Assembly: GCA_027007005.1 (NCBI GenBank)
Contig: JALTFO010000024.1
Location: 6,619 to 70,618, forward strand
DNA from: Candidatus Bipolaricaulota bacterium
GTDB taxonomy: Bacteria; Bipolaricaulota; Bipolaricaulia; UBA7950; UBA9294
Direction of reading: 5' to 3'
DNA: 64,000 bases
A program made the translations under genes and the position numbers. The stretch's first letter is position 1; the number at the start of each line of letters is the position of its first letter. Under the pieces are notes generated by a model, which saw only the letters and a list, made by a program, of their open reading frames with translations, did not search any database and was not told where the DNA came from. This document shows positions 46,508-55,118 of this stretch, one piece after another.

Positions 46508-47811
46508 AGCCGGTCGTCATCATTGGAGGCGGGCCGGCAGGAATCGCGAGCGCGGTCTACCTCGCCGCAAGGGGAGTAAAGATCATCCTGATAGAACGAA
46601 ACGTTCGCCTTGGCGGGCGAGCGGCGTCATTCTTCTACTCCCGGATGGGCGAGGAGATAGACTACGGACAGCATGTGCTGATGCGCTGTTGTACCCGTAC
46701 TATCGATCTGCTGAAACTCCTCGGGCAAGAGAGTTCGATCTCGTTTCAAGCATCTCTTTGGGTACCGATGACAGACGGAGGGAAGAAAGATGCCATCGCC
46801 TCATCTCCCCTTCCCGGAGTGCTTCACCTCCTTCCAAGCCTCCTCACCTACAGCTTTCTGTCCATGCGCGCACGGATGAGTGTGATGCGCTCGGGCCTCT
46901 CACTTCTTCTCAAGGACCCAGAGGATGTGCCCTTTGGCAAATGGCTTGCATCTCACGGACAGAGGGAAAGAGAGATCTCGACACTGTGGGACCCGATCTG
47001 CGTTGCTACCCTCAACGCACACGCTGAGAGCGTAAGCGCACGCATGGCTCGAGTTGTCTTCCAGCGCGGATTCTTCCGAAAGCACGGGGCTGACATCGGA
47101 TTATTTATCCGGCCGCTTTCGCAGATATTCACATCGGTAATCCCATTCATTGAAGCACGCCAGGGAAGGGTCCTTATTAGAACCTCTGTCAAGCGGATCA
47201 TCGTAGATGCGGGGTGTGTCCGCGGGGTGGAGACGAGTGATGGAGAATCGATTGAGGCCGATGCCGTCATCAGTGCTGTCTCACTTTGCGATCTTCCCGC
47301 GCTTCTTCCTACACCTGTGGAAGAAGATCCCTTTTTCAAATGCCTATCAGGGATCGACTACGCGCCGATTGTTAACGTGCACCTGTGGTTCGATCGTCAG
47401 GTTATGGGCGAGTCGTTCATCATCGGTGTGGATTCGCCGGTACAGGCGATCTTCGATGTCTCCGGTGCTCACCATGACAGTGACAAGCATCATGTCGTCA
47501 TCTCTCAGAGCGCGGCTGCCACTTGGATCGATTTGCCGGTCGCATCGATCGTGGATGGGCTCCTCTCTGGACTTATCAATCTGCTCCCCCGAGCGCGCGA
47601 TGCAAACCTCATCGACTCACTCGTGATCAAGAGCAGATTTGCCACGTTTGTTCCAGCACCAGGAGTAGACGCGCTGCGACCAACCTCCACAACGCCGATC
47701 AAGGGTTTGTTCCTGTCAGGCGACTACACGGCGACCGGTTGGCCATCAACGATTGAGGGAGCAGTGCGCTCCGGCTTCGCTGCTGCCGCAGGCCTGGTCT
47801 TCCGTCGATGA
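46504..47811 (+). CDS. hpnE: FAD-dependent hydroxysqualene dehydroxylase HpnE
   Basis: The ATG at 46504 overlaps the hpnD TGA (ATGA) and places the dinucleotide-binding motif VVIIGGGPAG at the N-terminus. It has an amine-oxidase-like C-terminus (LSGDYTATGWPSTIEGAVRSG). Confidence 0.8.
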   Translation: MKPVVIIGGGPAGIASAVYLAARGVKIILIERNVRLGGRAASFFYSRMGEEIDYGQHVLMRCCTRTIDLLKLLGQESSISFQASLWVPMTDGGKKDAIASSPLPGVLHLLPSLLTYSFLSMRARMSVMRSGLSLLLKDPEDVPFGKWLASHGQREREISTLWDPICVATLNAHAESVSARMARVVFQRGFFRKHGADIGLFIRPLSQIFTSVIPFIEARQGRVLIRTSVKRIIVDAGCVRGVETSDGESIEADAVISAVSLCDLPALLPTPVEEDPFFKCLSGIDYAPIVNVHLWFDRQVMGESFIIGVDSPVQAIFDVSGAHHDSDKHHVVISQSAAATWIDLPVASIVDGLLSGLINLLPRARDANLIDSLVIKSRFATFVPAPGVDALRPTSTTPIKGLFLSGDYTATGWPSTIEGAVRSGFAAAAGLVFRR

Positions 47812-47901
47812 ACACGCCAGATTTGCACGTAAGAGCACGATGTGGTAGAAAGGAAATGGTGTGCGTTTACAGGGCGTGCAAGCCAAGGGAGGTCGATCGA
47901 T

Positions 47902-48324
47902 GTGGTGGAAGATACGAAGAAGGAAGCACTATCGCGCCTTGCCGGGTACAGCTCGGTCATGCTGGCGACAGTCGATGCCAACGGGCCGCACGTTCGTCCA
48001 GTCACGCTGATTGAGTACGGTAACGCCTACTGGATCGAGACGGGCACGGCAAGTGCCAAAACCGCCCAGATAAGGAATGACCCGAAGATCGAGCTGTGCC
48101 TCACATTCACCGAAGGGGAGAACAGCGGTTATGTCCGTCTGAGCGGAAGAGCAGAAATCGTAATGGATGCAGCAATAAGGGAGAGGATCTCATCCCACAC
48201 CGAGTTCTTCAAGGACTACTGGAGCGGACCGGAGGATCCCAGCTTCACCCTCTTGCACATCATCCCGGCAGCACTAGAGTACATGCGTCCTGGTGAGATG
48301 GAACCGCACTTGTTCGATTTCTAG
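47902..48324 (+). CDS. Pyridoxamine 5'-phosphate oxidase-like (FMN-binding split barrel) protein
   Basis: It follows the 'ATVDxxGxPxxRPV...' pattern. The GTG at 47902 lies 9 nt after AAGGGAGG. Confidence 0.7.
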   Translation: MVEDTKKEALSRLAGYSSVMLATVDANGPHVRPVTLIEYGNAYWIETGTASAKTAQIRNDPKIELCLTFTEGENSGYVRLSGRAEIVMDAAIRERISSHTEFFKDYWSGPEDPSFTLLHIIPAALEYMRPGEMEPHLFDF

Positions 48325-48382
48325 AAGATACCGAGAAGAAACGACCCCGGCCTGGTATACTTACCGCAATGGAGGTGGCGCA

Positions 48383-48592
48383 ATGCCCAGTTTCCCTAGA
48401 TTCTTATTTCGTGTGAAGGATAGACATATCGAAGAAGAGGCAAAGAAGATGGTCGCTAGCTTCGGGATCAAGGATATCGAGATCCGGCGCGATGACACTA
48501 TCAAGGACGCGTGGCTCGAGGACAATGAGGCCCTGAAGACGACTTACGGGCTAGAGGATATCCGCGAGTATCTGGAGAACCTCGTCTCATAG
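48383..48592 (+). CDS. Small hypothetical protein (69 aa)
   Basis: The ATG at 48383 follows a GGAGGTGG ribosome-binding site. I recognise no family. Confidence 0.4.
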   Translation: MPSFPRFLFRVKDRHIEEEAKKMVASFGIKDIEIRRDDTIKDAWLEDNEALKTTYGLEDIREYLENLVS

Positions 48593-48622
48593 TTGAAGAG
48601 ATCACTCAATTACTGAATCGGT

Positions 48623-49855
48623 TCAGTTCAGGCGTGCCCGTAGGCGAGAAGACAGATAGTCGATTGCCATAACGGTAATCATTATAAGGAGCATCATCAT
48701 CCCTGCGCTACTGTAGTCCCATATTCTCATATACTGGATCAACAACTGCCCAATCCCTCCCCCTCCGACAAGACCAATGACCGTGGACATGCGCACATTG
48801 ATGTCCCACTGGTACAAGGTGAACGAGAGGTAAGGATTGACAATCTGAGGGATAATCCCGTACAGGATCACCTGTAACCTGTTCGCTCCAGTGGCCCGAA
48901 TCGCTTCCGGCGGACCGGGATCGATCGACTCCAAGCGCTCAGAATAGAGTTTAGTCAAATTAGCTGTTGCCTGCACGAACAGGGCGAGCATCCCGGGAAA
49001 TGGGCCTGCCCGCACCCAGACGATAAAGATAATCGCCCAGATAATGGCGTCAACGGAGCGCATGATGTCAGTTACAGTGCGAACAGCGAAGTACACCGTG
49101 CGTCCAATCACTCCATGTGATAGGTTACGAGCGGCGAGGAAGCTTAGTGGCACAGCAACGATAATCGCAAACAGGGTAGCCATAACGGCCATGAAGATTG
49201 TGACGATCAGCAGTTGCAGCCCCTGTCCAAACATGGCCCAGTTCGGCTGTACCAACTTATCCCATAGCACAGCCGTCCCAGACGCTTTTGTAAACAGAGC
49301 CACCAGATTAACCTTGGTAATGAACGAAGCAGTAGTATACGACACAATCAGGACTACAAGTACCCCGATTGACCAACTGCGAGTATACCAGCGACGAGGT
49401 TCTTCCTTGATTTCACTGGCTCGCACGGTCTTTAGTCCACTCAAGCGCTCGTGCCAGAGGAGAGAATTACTGTTTATCAAAAGCTGTAGTGAGAAAAAGG
49501 GTACCAAGTGCCAAAAAAAGTAACGGAGGAAATGGCTCCAGATGGTGTCTTTCTCTATTGGTGCAAGGCGCAGGCCTAGAAGGCGCATCCCGATCGATAC
49601 CCCAAAGCTCTCCCAGATGGCAACCAACTCTACCACTGCAATCAGCATTGCCCACCAGGGAACACCAATAAAGTTCTTTGTATGATAAAGGATAAAGTTT
49701 ACTGAAAATGATCCCATAGCCCACACGTAGAGCAGTACAACAAGGTCGACGAGAACGACGGAAGCACGCCGGCGCAAAATGCCAAGGCCTTTAGTGAATT
49801 CGAGGAAGAATTGCGGCTTATCGTTCATGAACCCGGCGTAGTAACGGTCTTTCAT
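48623..49855 (-). CDS. phnE: Phosphonate-type ABC transporter permease PhnE with an N-terminal RDD-like membrane domain
   Basis: The C-terminal ~260 aa form a PhnE core with the EAA loop (PPEAIRATGANRLQ). The N-terminal ~150 aa are RDD-like (RRRASVVLVDLVV ... GMRLLGLRL ... LWHERLSGLKTV). Confidence 0.85.
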   Translation of the reverse strand: MKDRYYAGFMNDKPQFFLEFTKGLGILRRRASVVLVDLVVLLYVWAMGSFSVNFILYHTKNFIGVPWWAMLIAVVELVAIWESFGVSIGMRLLGLRLAPIEKDTIWSHFLRYFFWHLVPFFSLQLLINSNSLLWHERLSGLKTVRASEIKEEPRRWYTRSWSIGVLVVLIVSYTTASFITKVNLVALFTKASGTAVLWDKLVQPNWAMFGQGLQLLIVTIFMAVMATLFAIIVAVPLSFLAARNLSHGVIGRTVYFAVRTVTDIMRSVDAIIWAIIFIVWVRAGPFPGMLALFVQATANLTKLYSERLESIDPGPPEAIRATGANRLQVILYGIIPQIVNPYLSFTLYQWDINVRMSTVIGLVGGGGIGQLLIQYMRIWDYSSAGMMMLLIMITVMAIDYLSSRLRARLN

Positions 49856-51153
49856 CAGACGATCTTCTCCCGCACTCGACCACTGATGTAGTCAAGTGCC
49901 CATACGACCGCAACGATAACCACAATCACTGCTCCGACTTGATTCCAGGCATCCGGTAGCCTCCCCACTTGGCTCTTGTAGAAGAACATCATTCGCCCCA
50001 GGCCACCGCCGCCGACCAGGGCGATCACGGTGGCCATCCGCACGTTGATGTCCCAGCGATAGAGGGTGAACGCAAGGTAAGAGGGGATGATCTGCGGAAC
50101 AACCCCATACAAAATCACCTGCCATCTCCGTGCACCTGTGGCAGCGATCGCCTCCAATGGGCCAGGATCTACTCCCTCCACTTGTTCTGAGTAGAGTTTT
50201 CCTAGCGCAGCGGTTGTGTGAAGCATCAGGGCAAGAGCGCCAGCAAAAGGGCCGAACCCAACCCAGACGGCAAAGATTGTTCCCCAAAGTAGCGCCTCAA
50301 CAGAACGGATCAGATTAAATAGCCCGCGCACCACAGTGAAGATCAACCAACCCACGGGGTTTATCCCCATGATATTGCGTGCCCCAAGGAAGCTTAACGG
50401 AAACGCGAATACCATTCCTAAAGATGTCGCCAACAGAGCCATAAAGATTGTCTCCAGCATTCCGCCTACGATGGACTGCTGAAGCGTCGGGTCAGGGGTG
50501 ATGAGGTGGGTGAAATGGGGCGAAAGAAGCTCCTCCCACAGGTAGATGCTCGCATTAGCGCGACTAAACATTGTGTGTAAATCAATTTGGGTGACAAGCC
50601 ATCCCACCCATAATGTGGCCACAATCAGTAACACACTCATCGCACCACGATTAGTTTTATACCAGGCGCGCGGTACAATATCGGAAAGATGATCCTTGAT
50701 CTCCTTTACAATGAACATCTGCGTTCCAGAGACACGATCATGCAATAAGTGATTTTTTTGTCCAGCAGAGAAAATAGTCACAGGAAACGAGATTATGGCG
50801 ATATGCCACATCAAGTAGCGTTGCCAGCGCTTGGCTAGTGATGGGACCTGGTAGGAATTGGTTAATAGCTTCAGCCCAAACATGGAAAGCCCGATAGAAT
50901 GGCCGAACGCGTGACTGACAACGGCAAGTTCCAGTGTTCCCAGAACGACGATGGGCCAGCCCCATGTCGGAACGCTCAGCCGCCCGTAATAGTGGATGTT
51001 CGTGTACCAGTAGTGGTTGAGGAGGTACACAATCCCGTAGGCAATGTACCCCCAAGAAACCCAGTCCAGGAAGAGTGCGAAAAACCGCGGCTTCAGAGCC
51101 GCCCACCGGGTGAGGATCTTAGCGGACTTCGACTTGCTCTGCTTCGTCGCCAT
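49855..51153 (-). CDS. phnE: Phosphonate-type ABC transporter permease PhnE with an N-terminal RDD domain
   Basis: It has a PhnE core (PLEAIAATGARRWQ) plus an N-terminal RDD pattern (PRFFALFLDWV ... GLSMFGLKL ... LLHDRVSGTQMFIV). An ATGA overlap joins it to the downstream permease. Confidence 0.85.
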   Translation of the reverse strand: MATKQSKSKSAKILTRWAALKPRFFALFLDWVSWGYIAYGIVYLLNHYWYTNIHYYGRLSVPTWGWPIVVLGTLELAVVSHAFGHSIGLSMFGLKLLTNSYQVPSLAKRWQRYLMWHIAIISFPVTIFSAGQKNHLLHDRVSGTQMFIVKEIKDHLSDIVPRAWYKTNRGAMSVLLIVATLWVGWLVTQIDLHTMFSRANASIYLWEELLSPHFTHLITPDPTLQQSIVGGMLETIFMALLATSLGMVFAFPLSFLGARNIMGINPVGWLIFTVVRGLFNLIRSVEALLWGTIFAVWVGFGPFAGALALMLHTTAALGKLYSEQVEGVDPGPLEAIAATGARRWQVILYGVVPQIIPSYLAFTLYRWDINVRMATVIALVGGGGLGRMMFFYKSQVGRLPDAWNQVGAVIVVIVAVVWALDYISGRVREKIV

Positions 51154-51889
51154 ATATCTCCTTGAACCGCGCCTCGTCTATCTCGGAAGGCAGCCCTTCA
51201 AATACGATCTTCCCGTCCTTCAGCGCCAGAATACGCGTCCCGTAGCGGCGGGCGAGCGACAAGAAATGCAGACTGGTAATTACCGTAACGCCGTCCTCTT
51301 GGTTCATCTGTTCCAGGTACTTCATCACCGAATGCGAAGTCGCCGGATCAAGCGCCGATACCGGCTCATCGGCCATCAGAAGTTCGGGATCCTGCATCAG
51401 AGCTCGCGCTATTCCAACTCGCTGCTGCTGACCACCGGAGAGTTCGTCAGCCCTCTTGTACGCCTGATCTCTGATACCCACTCGATCGAGGTTCCTGAGA
51501 GCCATATTAACATCCTGCGAAGGAAACTTATGAATAGCGGAAAGCCATGGATTAACATACCCCAGCCGGCCAGCGATAACGTTGGTGAGCACCGATGAGC
51601 GTCTGACCAGGTTGAAGTGCTGATAGATCATTCCCATCTTGCGCCGTAACCGCCTGAGCTCAGCGCCAGAGGCAGCGGTAACATCGGCTCCTTCAAAGAT
51701 GATTTTGCCGCTTGTCGGTTCGATGAGGCGATTGACACATCGCAGCAGCGTGGACTTACCCGATCCTGAAAGGCCAATCACGACCAGAAATTCACCTTTT
51801 TTTACTGACAAACTAACATCATCAAGAGCAAGGACATCTCCTCGCTCGTAGACCTTCGTCAAATGCTCTATTATCAGTTGGTCGGCCAT
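51119..51889 (-). CDS. phnC: Phosphonate-type ABC transporter ATPase
   Basis: It has Walker A (GLSGSGKSTLLR), LSGGQQQRVGIARAL and [11 protein letters not shown], plus a PhnC-like 'IYQHFNLV' segment. Confidence 0.9.
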   Translation of the reverse strand: MADQLIIEHLTKVYERGDVLALDDVSLSVKKGEFLVVIGLSGSGKSTLLRCVNRLIEPTSGKIIFEGADVTAASGAELRRLRRKMGMIYQHFNLVRRSSVLTNVIAGRLGYVNPWLSAIHKFPSQDVNMALRNLDRVGIRDQAYKRADELSGGQQQRVGIARALMQDPELLMADEPVSALDPATSHSVMKYLEQMNQEDGVTVITSLHFLSLARRYGTRILALKDGKIVFEGLPSEIDEARFKEIYGDEAEQVEVR

Positions 51890-51906
51890 ATATCACCATT
51901 AAGAAA

Positions 51907-51930
51907 CGGGAGGGGAAACCTCCCCTCCCG
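51907..51930 (-). terminator. Intra-operon hairpin between phnD and phnC (candidate partial terminator or mRNA stabiliser)
   Basis: A perfect 10-bp stem (CGGGAGGGGA / TCCCCTCCCG) with a 4-nt loop is followed, on the transcribed minus strand, by TTTCTT. Confidence 0.5.
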
Positions 51931-51967
51931 GATCATTTTACTGTATGCAGTTTAACGGCGCAAACGC

Positions 51968-52975
51968 TTATCTCTTCGGAATCGGAACACCGAGGAGACC
52001 GCGATAGCCGTCGTAATATGCATCGTTGATTTCCGCTGTACCAGTCCACTGGTAAAACTGTGGATCGCTCCACAACGCCTTTATTTTAGCGTCCTTGAAC
52101 TGTGCCTCAATGGCAGCAACAAGCTTGTCCTGCAGATCCTTCGGGAAATTAGGACCGAACGCGATACAGTCGTTCGGGACTGGCCCGATAGTGGCAAGAA
52201 CACCGATCTCAGAGAGAACCGTGTCTTCACCGTAGGTCTTAAATGCCGACTCGCGGAGGTCATAGCATTTTCCGCGCAGGCCGTCACGGTAGAGTTTGTT
52301 ATTGTAGCGATCCCAGAGCCACATCTCAGGATCATCGCCGTACTTCCACTGCAGGCTGCAGCCAGCGGGAGGAACGGGTGGGGAACCATACGCCGTGCAA
52401 AAATCGCCTTGATGGTTCAATAGTGCAACCAACGAATTCACGTGGCCACCACTCTCGACGATATGGTTTTCGTCAAAGGTAAGGCCTAGTTTCTTCCATA
52501 ACAACGTGGGAAGAACGTACCCAGATGTAGATCCAGGGTCATTGTAGATCCAGGTCTTGCCAGCCAGATCCTTCAACGACTTGATCCCGGAGTTACGCCA
52601 GTAGTAGATGCTCGAGAAGTAGTACGAATTTCCGTACCGTACAGCAGCGAGCCGAGGCGTAACATTTCCCTTTGTCCGATCGAAAATATTGAGATACATA
52701 TTGGTCGTTGGTACACCAAGTGTATCGCCATCGGAAGCCGCAAACGCTTCAATCATCGCTGTGTAATCAGCTTCCAGTACTGGCTTAATGAACAGGCCGG
52801 TACGATTGAACAGATCTTCAGCGATCTGGGCCCCGTAATCTTGAGCAACTGCTCCGTTTGTTGAGGGAGGGAAGAGCATATAAATCGGGTGATCCTTCGT
52901 CCCAACTTGCTGAGCGAAGCCTAAAATTCCTAGCGCCAACGTGGCAACTAGGGCCAATACCACAATCCTACGCAT
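51968..52975 (-). CDS. phnD: Phosphonate/phosphite-type ABC transporter substrate-binding protein
   Basis: The ATG at 52975 follows AGGAGGTG. It has a signal peptide (MRRIVVLALVATLALGILGFA) and a PhnD-family pattern (STSGYVLP, FxP...). Confidence 0.85.
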   Translation of the reverse strand: MRRIVVLALVATLALGILGFAQQVGTKDHPIYMLFPPSTNGAVAQDYGAQIAEDLFNRTGLFIKPVLEADYTAMIEAFAASDGDTLGVPTTNMYLNIFDRTKGNVTPRLAAVRYGNSYYFSSIYYWRNSGIKSLKDLAGKTWIYNDPGSTSGYVLPTLLWKKLGLTFDENHIVESGGHVNSLVALLNHQGDFCTAYGSPPVPPAGCSLQWKYGDDPEMWLWDRYNNKLYRDGLRGKCYDLRESAFKTYGEDTVLSEIGVLATIGPVPNDCIAFGPNFPKDLQDKLVAAIEAQFKDAKIKALWSDPQFYQWTGTAEINDAYYDGYRGLLGVPIPKR

Positions 52976-53103
52976 ACTGCCACCTCCTATATCTTTGAAG
53001 CACCCTCCAGAGGATAGGCGCCTTTCTTTTTGGTTGCGCCGTTTCCTCCGACCTTTTGCTACTACTGTTATCATAGGATTTATCTTTCATCAAGTCAACT
53101 TTG

Positions 53104-53997
53104 CTACTCGCGTTTGTACGGCTTGCCCAACTCCTTTGGGAAGCGAACGCGGCCGATTGCTCCAGCGACTACGAGCAGCGTAACGATGTAGGGGAGCATC
53201 TCTACGAACTGCCATGGGATTGGCTTAGATGGCAGGGTCTTAATCCACGTGGCCAGGCTCTGGAAGAAACCAAAGATAAATCCGCCGAGCAGAGCAAGTA
53301 ATGGATTTAATCCGCTAAACACGACCGTCGCTAGCGCGATGAATCCTCTTCCTGCGGAGATGCCCTTCGTTACCGACCCGAACCAGGCGATGCTCATGTA
53401 TGCCCCGCCCAGTCCCGCAAGGACGCCACCGAACGTGGTCGCCAACAATCGGACAAGGTTAACATTAATCCCAGCTACATCGGCCGCTTCTGGGTTTTCT
53501 CCGGCCGCCTTTAGTATGAGGCCCGCACGTGTCCTTTTGAGGAACCAGTATATGATGAAGGGTACCACTAGGGCCACGAAGATTATCGGGCTGAGGGCTC
53601 CGAGCGGCGTTTGTAACTTGGGAATCTGCGCTGCTTGACTGACAGCATGGAATCCCGGAGAACCAAGTTTGATCAGGCCAAAGGCCACAAACCCTGCCGC
53701 AAACAGGTTAATTCCTATGCCAGTGATCATCTGATCGCCTTTCCAGTAGGTGTTGATCACCGAGAACATGAGGCTGATCAGGCCGCCAATGAGCATCCCG
53801 GCGATTAATCCGACAATCGGGCCACCCGCTTCCGCGCCGAGTGCTCCAACAAGTGCACTGATAAGGAGGATCCCTTCAAGGCCGATGTTAAATAGACCCG
53901 CTGTCTCGCCGACGATCTCTCCAACAGCAGTCAGGGTTATTGGAACCATGGCATGGAGTGAAATGCGCAGTAGATCTGTTAAGAAGCTCCAATTCAT
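53104..53997 (-). CDS. ABC transporter permease (BMP/nucleoside-simple sugar uptake type, YufQ/NupQ-like)
   Basis: It is a polytopic membrane protein of the BPD_transp_2 type. The ATG at 53997 overlaps the upstream gene's TGA (ATGA). Confidence 0.85.
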   Translation of the reverse strand: MNWSFLTDLLRISLHAMVPITLTAVGEIVGETAGLFNIGLEGILLISALVGALGAEAGGPIVGLIAGMLIGGLISLMFSVINTYWKGDQMITGIGINLFAAGFVAFGLIKLGSPGFHAVSQAAQIPKLQTPLGALSPIIFVALVVPFIIYWFLKRTRAGLILKAAGENPEAADVAGINVNLVRLLATTFGGVLAGLGGAYMSIAWFGSVTKGISAGRGFIALATVVFSGLNPLLALLGGFIFGFFQSLATWIKTLPSKPIPWQFVEMLPYIVTLLVVAGAIGRVRFPKELGKPYKRE

Positions 53998-55118
53998 GCC
54001 GATCGCCTCCGAAGTACGTTCATCAATCTGTCCCACGATGAACGTATCGCGCGAAATACGCGGATCAATTCAGGAATAGCCATCGTAATAACAATTACTC
54101 CCTCGACCACACGCACCATCTCTAGTGGAACACCAGCGGTGAATTGCATCGTCCGGCCACCTGCAGTTAGACCGCCGAAGAAAAGCGATGCAAAGATTAT
54201 CCCAATGGGATGATTTCTCCCAACCATGGCCACTGCCATGCCATCGAATCCGGTGTTCATCAATTGTGGCAACCCGCTGATAATGGCATATGTTGGAGGA
54301 TTACCCATCACAATCGTTGCTCCTGCAAGGCCGGCGCCAAAGCCACCAAGGATGAACGCCAGCAGCATAGTGCGTTTGCTCTTTATTCCTCCGTAGCGAG
54401 CGGCTGAGGGATTCAGCCCGGCGGCACGCACCTCGTAGCCGGTCACTGTATGCCACAGGACAAAGTAGATCGCAATGGCAAACGCTACTGCAGCGAAGAT
54501 CGACCATGAGAGGTCGGTCCCGTTTACTAGGACCGGGAAACGGGCGCTCACTGGGATGCTTATCGTCTTCTCTCCCCGTACCGGGTCAACGAGGATGTAA
54601 GCGACCATGTAGAAGGTGAGAAAACGAGCGATCCAGTTGAACATGATCGTCGAGATGACCTCGTTCACCCCGCGAGTCAACTTGAGGATCGCCGGTCCCA
54701 GGCTCCAAATAGCACCAGCAATCATGGCAAAGATGAGGCCAACGATCAGATGTAGACCGACTGGTAATGTGAAGTAGCCCACGAATACTGCCGCCACTGC
54801 ACCCATGTACACCTGTCCCTCCGCCCCAATGTTGAACATACCTGCGCGTACGCAGATGGAGAAAGTGAGAGCGGTAAGGATCAGCGGCACGCCGCGTGCG
54901 GCAGAACTAGCCCATCCATAGGTATCTCCGTAGGCTCCCTGAAATAGGGCGACGTACGCTTTCCACGGGTTGTATCCCCAGATTAGCATGAGAATTGCAC
55001 CGATAATTAGGCCAACTGCAGCGGCAAGGAGTGATTCTATCGCTGGGTTGAGGCCCGTCAGTGTGCGGTGAACGAGCTTCTCCTTCTGGGGGGCGGTCTC
55101 TGCTAGCTCTTGGCTCAT
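53994..55118 (-). CDS. ABC transporter permease (YufP/NupP-like)
   Basis: It is a polytopic BPD_transp_2-type protein with an ATGA overlap with the ATPase gene. Confidence 0.85.
   Translation of the reverse strand: MSQELAETAPQKEKLVHRTLTGLNPAIESLLAAAVGLIIGAILMLIWGYNPWKAYVALFQGAYGDTYGWASSAARGVPLILTALTFSICVRAGMFNIGAEGQVYMGAVAAVFVGYFTLPVGLHLIVGLIFAMIAGAIWSLGPAILKLTRGVNEVISTIMFNWIARFLTFYMVAYILVDPVRGEKTISIPVSARFPVLVNGTDLSWSIFAAVAFAIAIYFVLWHTVTGYEVRAAGLNPSAARYGGIKSKRTMLLAFILGGFGAGLAGATIVMGNPPTYAIISGLPQLMNTGFDGMAVAMVGRNHPIGIIFASLFFGGLTAGGRTMQFTAGVPLEMVRVVEGVIVITMAIPELIRVFRAIRSSWDRLMNVLRRRSA

Noticed and set aside
46290-47027. A 245-aa plus-strand ORF in an alternative frame across hpnD and hpnE
   Set aside because: Its Arg/Ser/Pro-rich, low-complexity translation is typical of off-frame reading of GC-rich coding DNA. 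The hpnD and hpnE frames carry clear family motifs.
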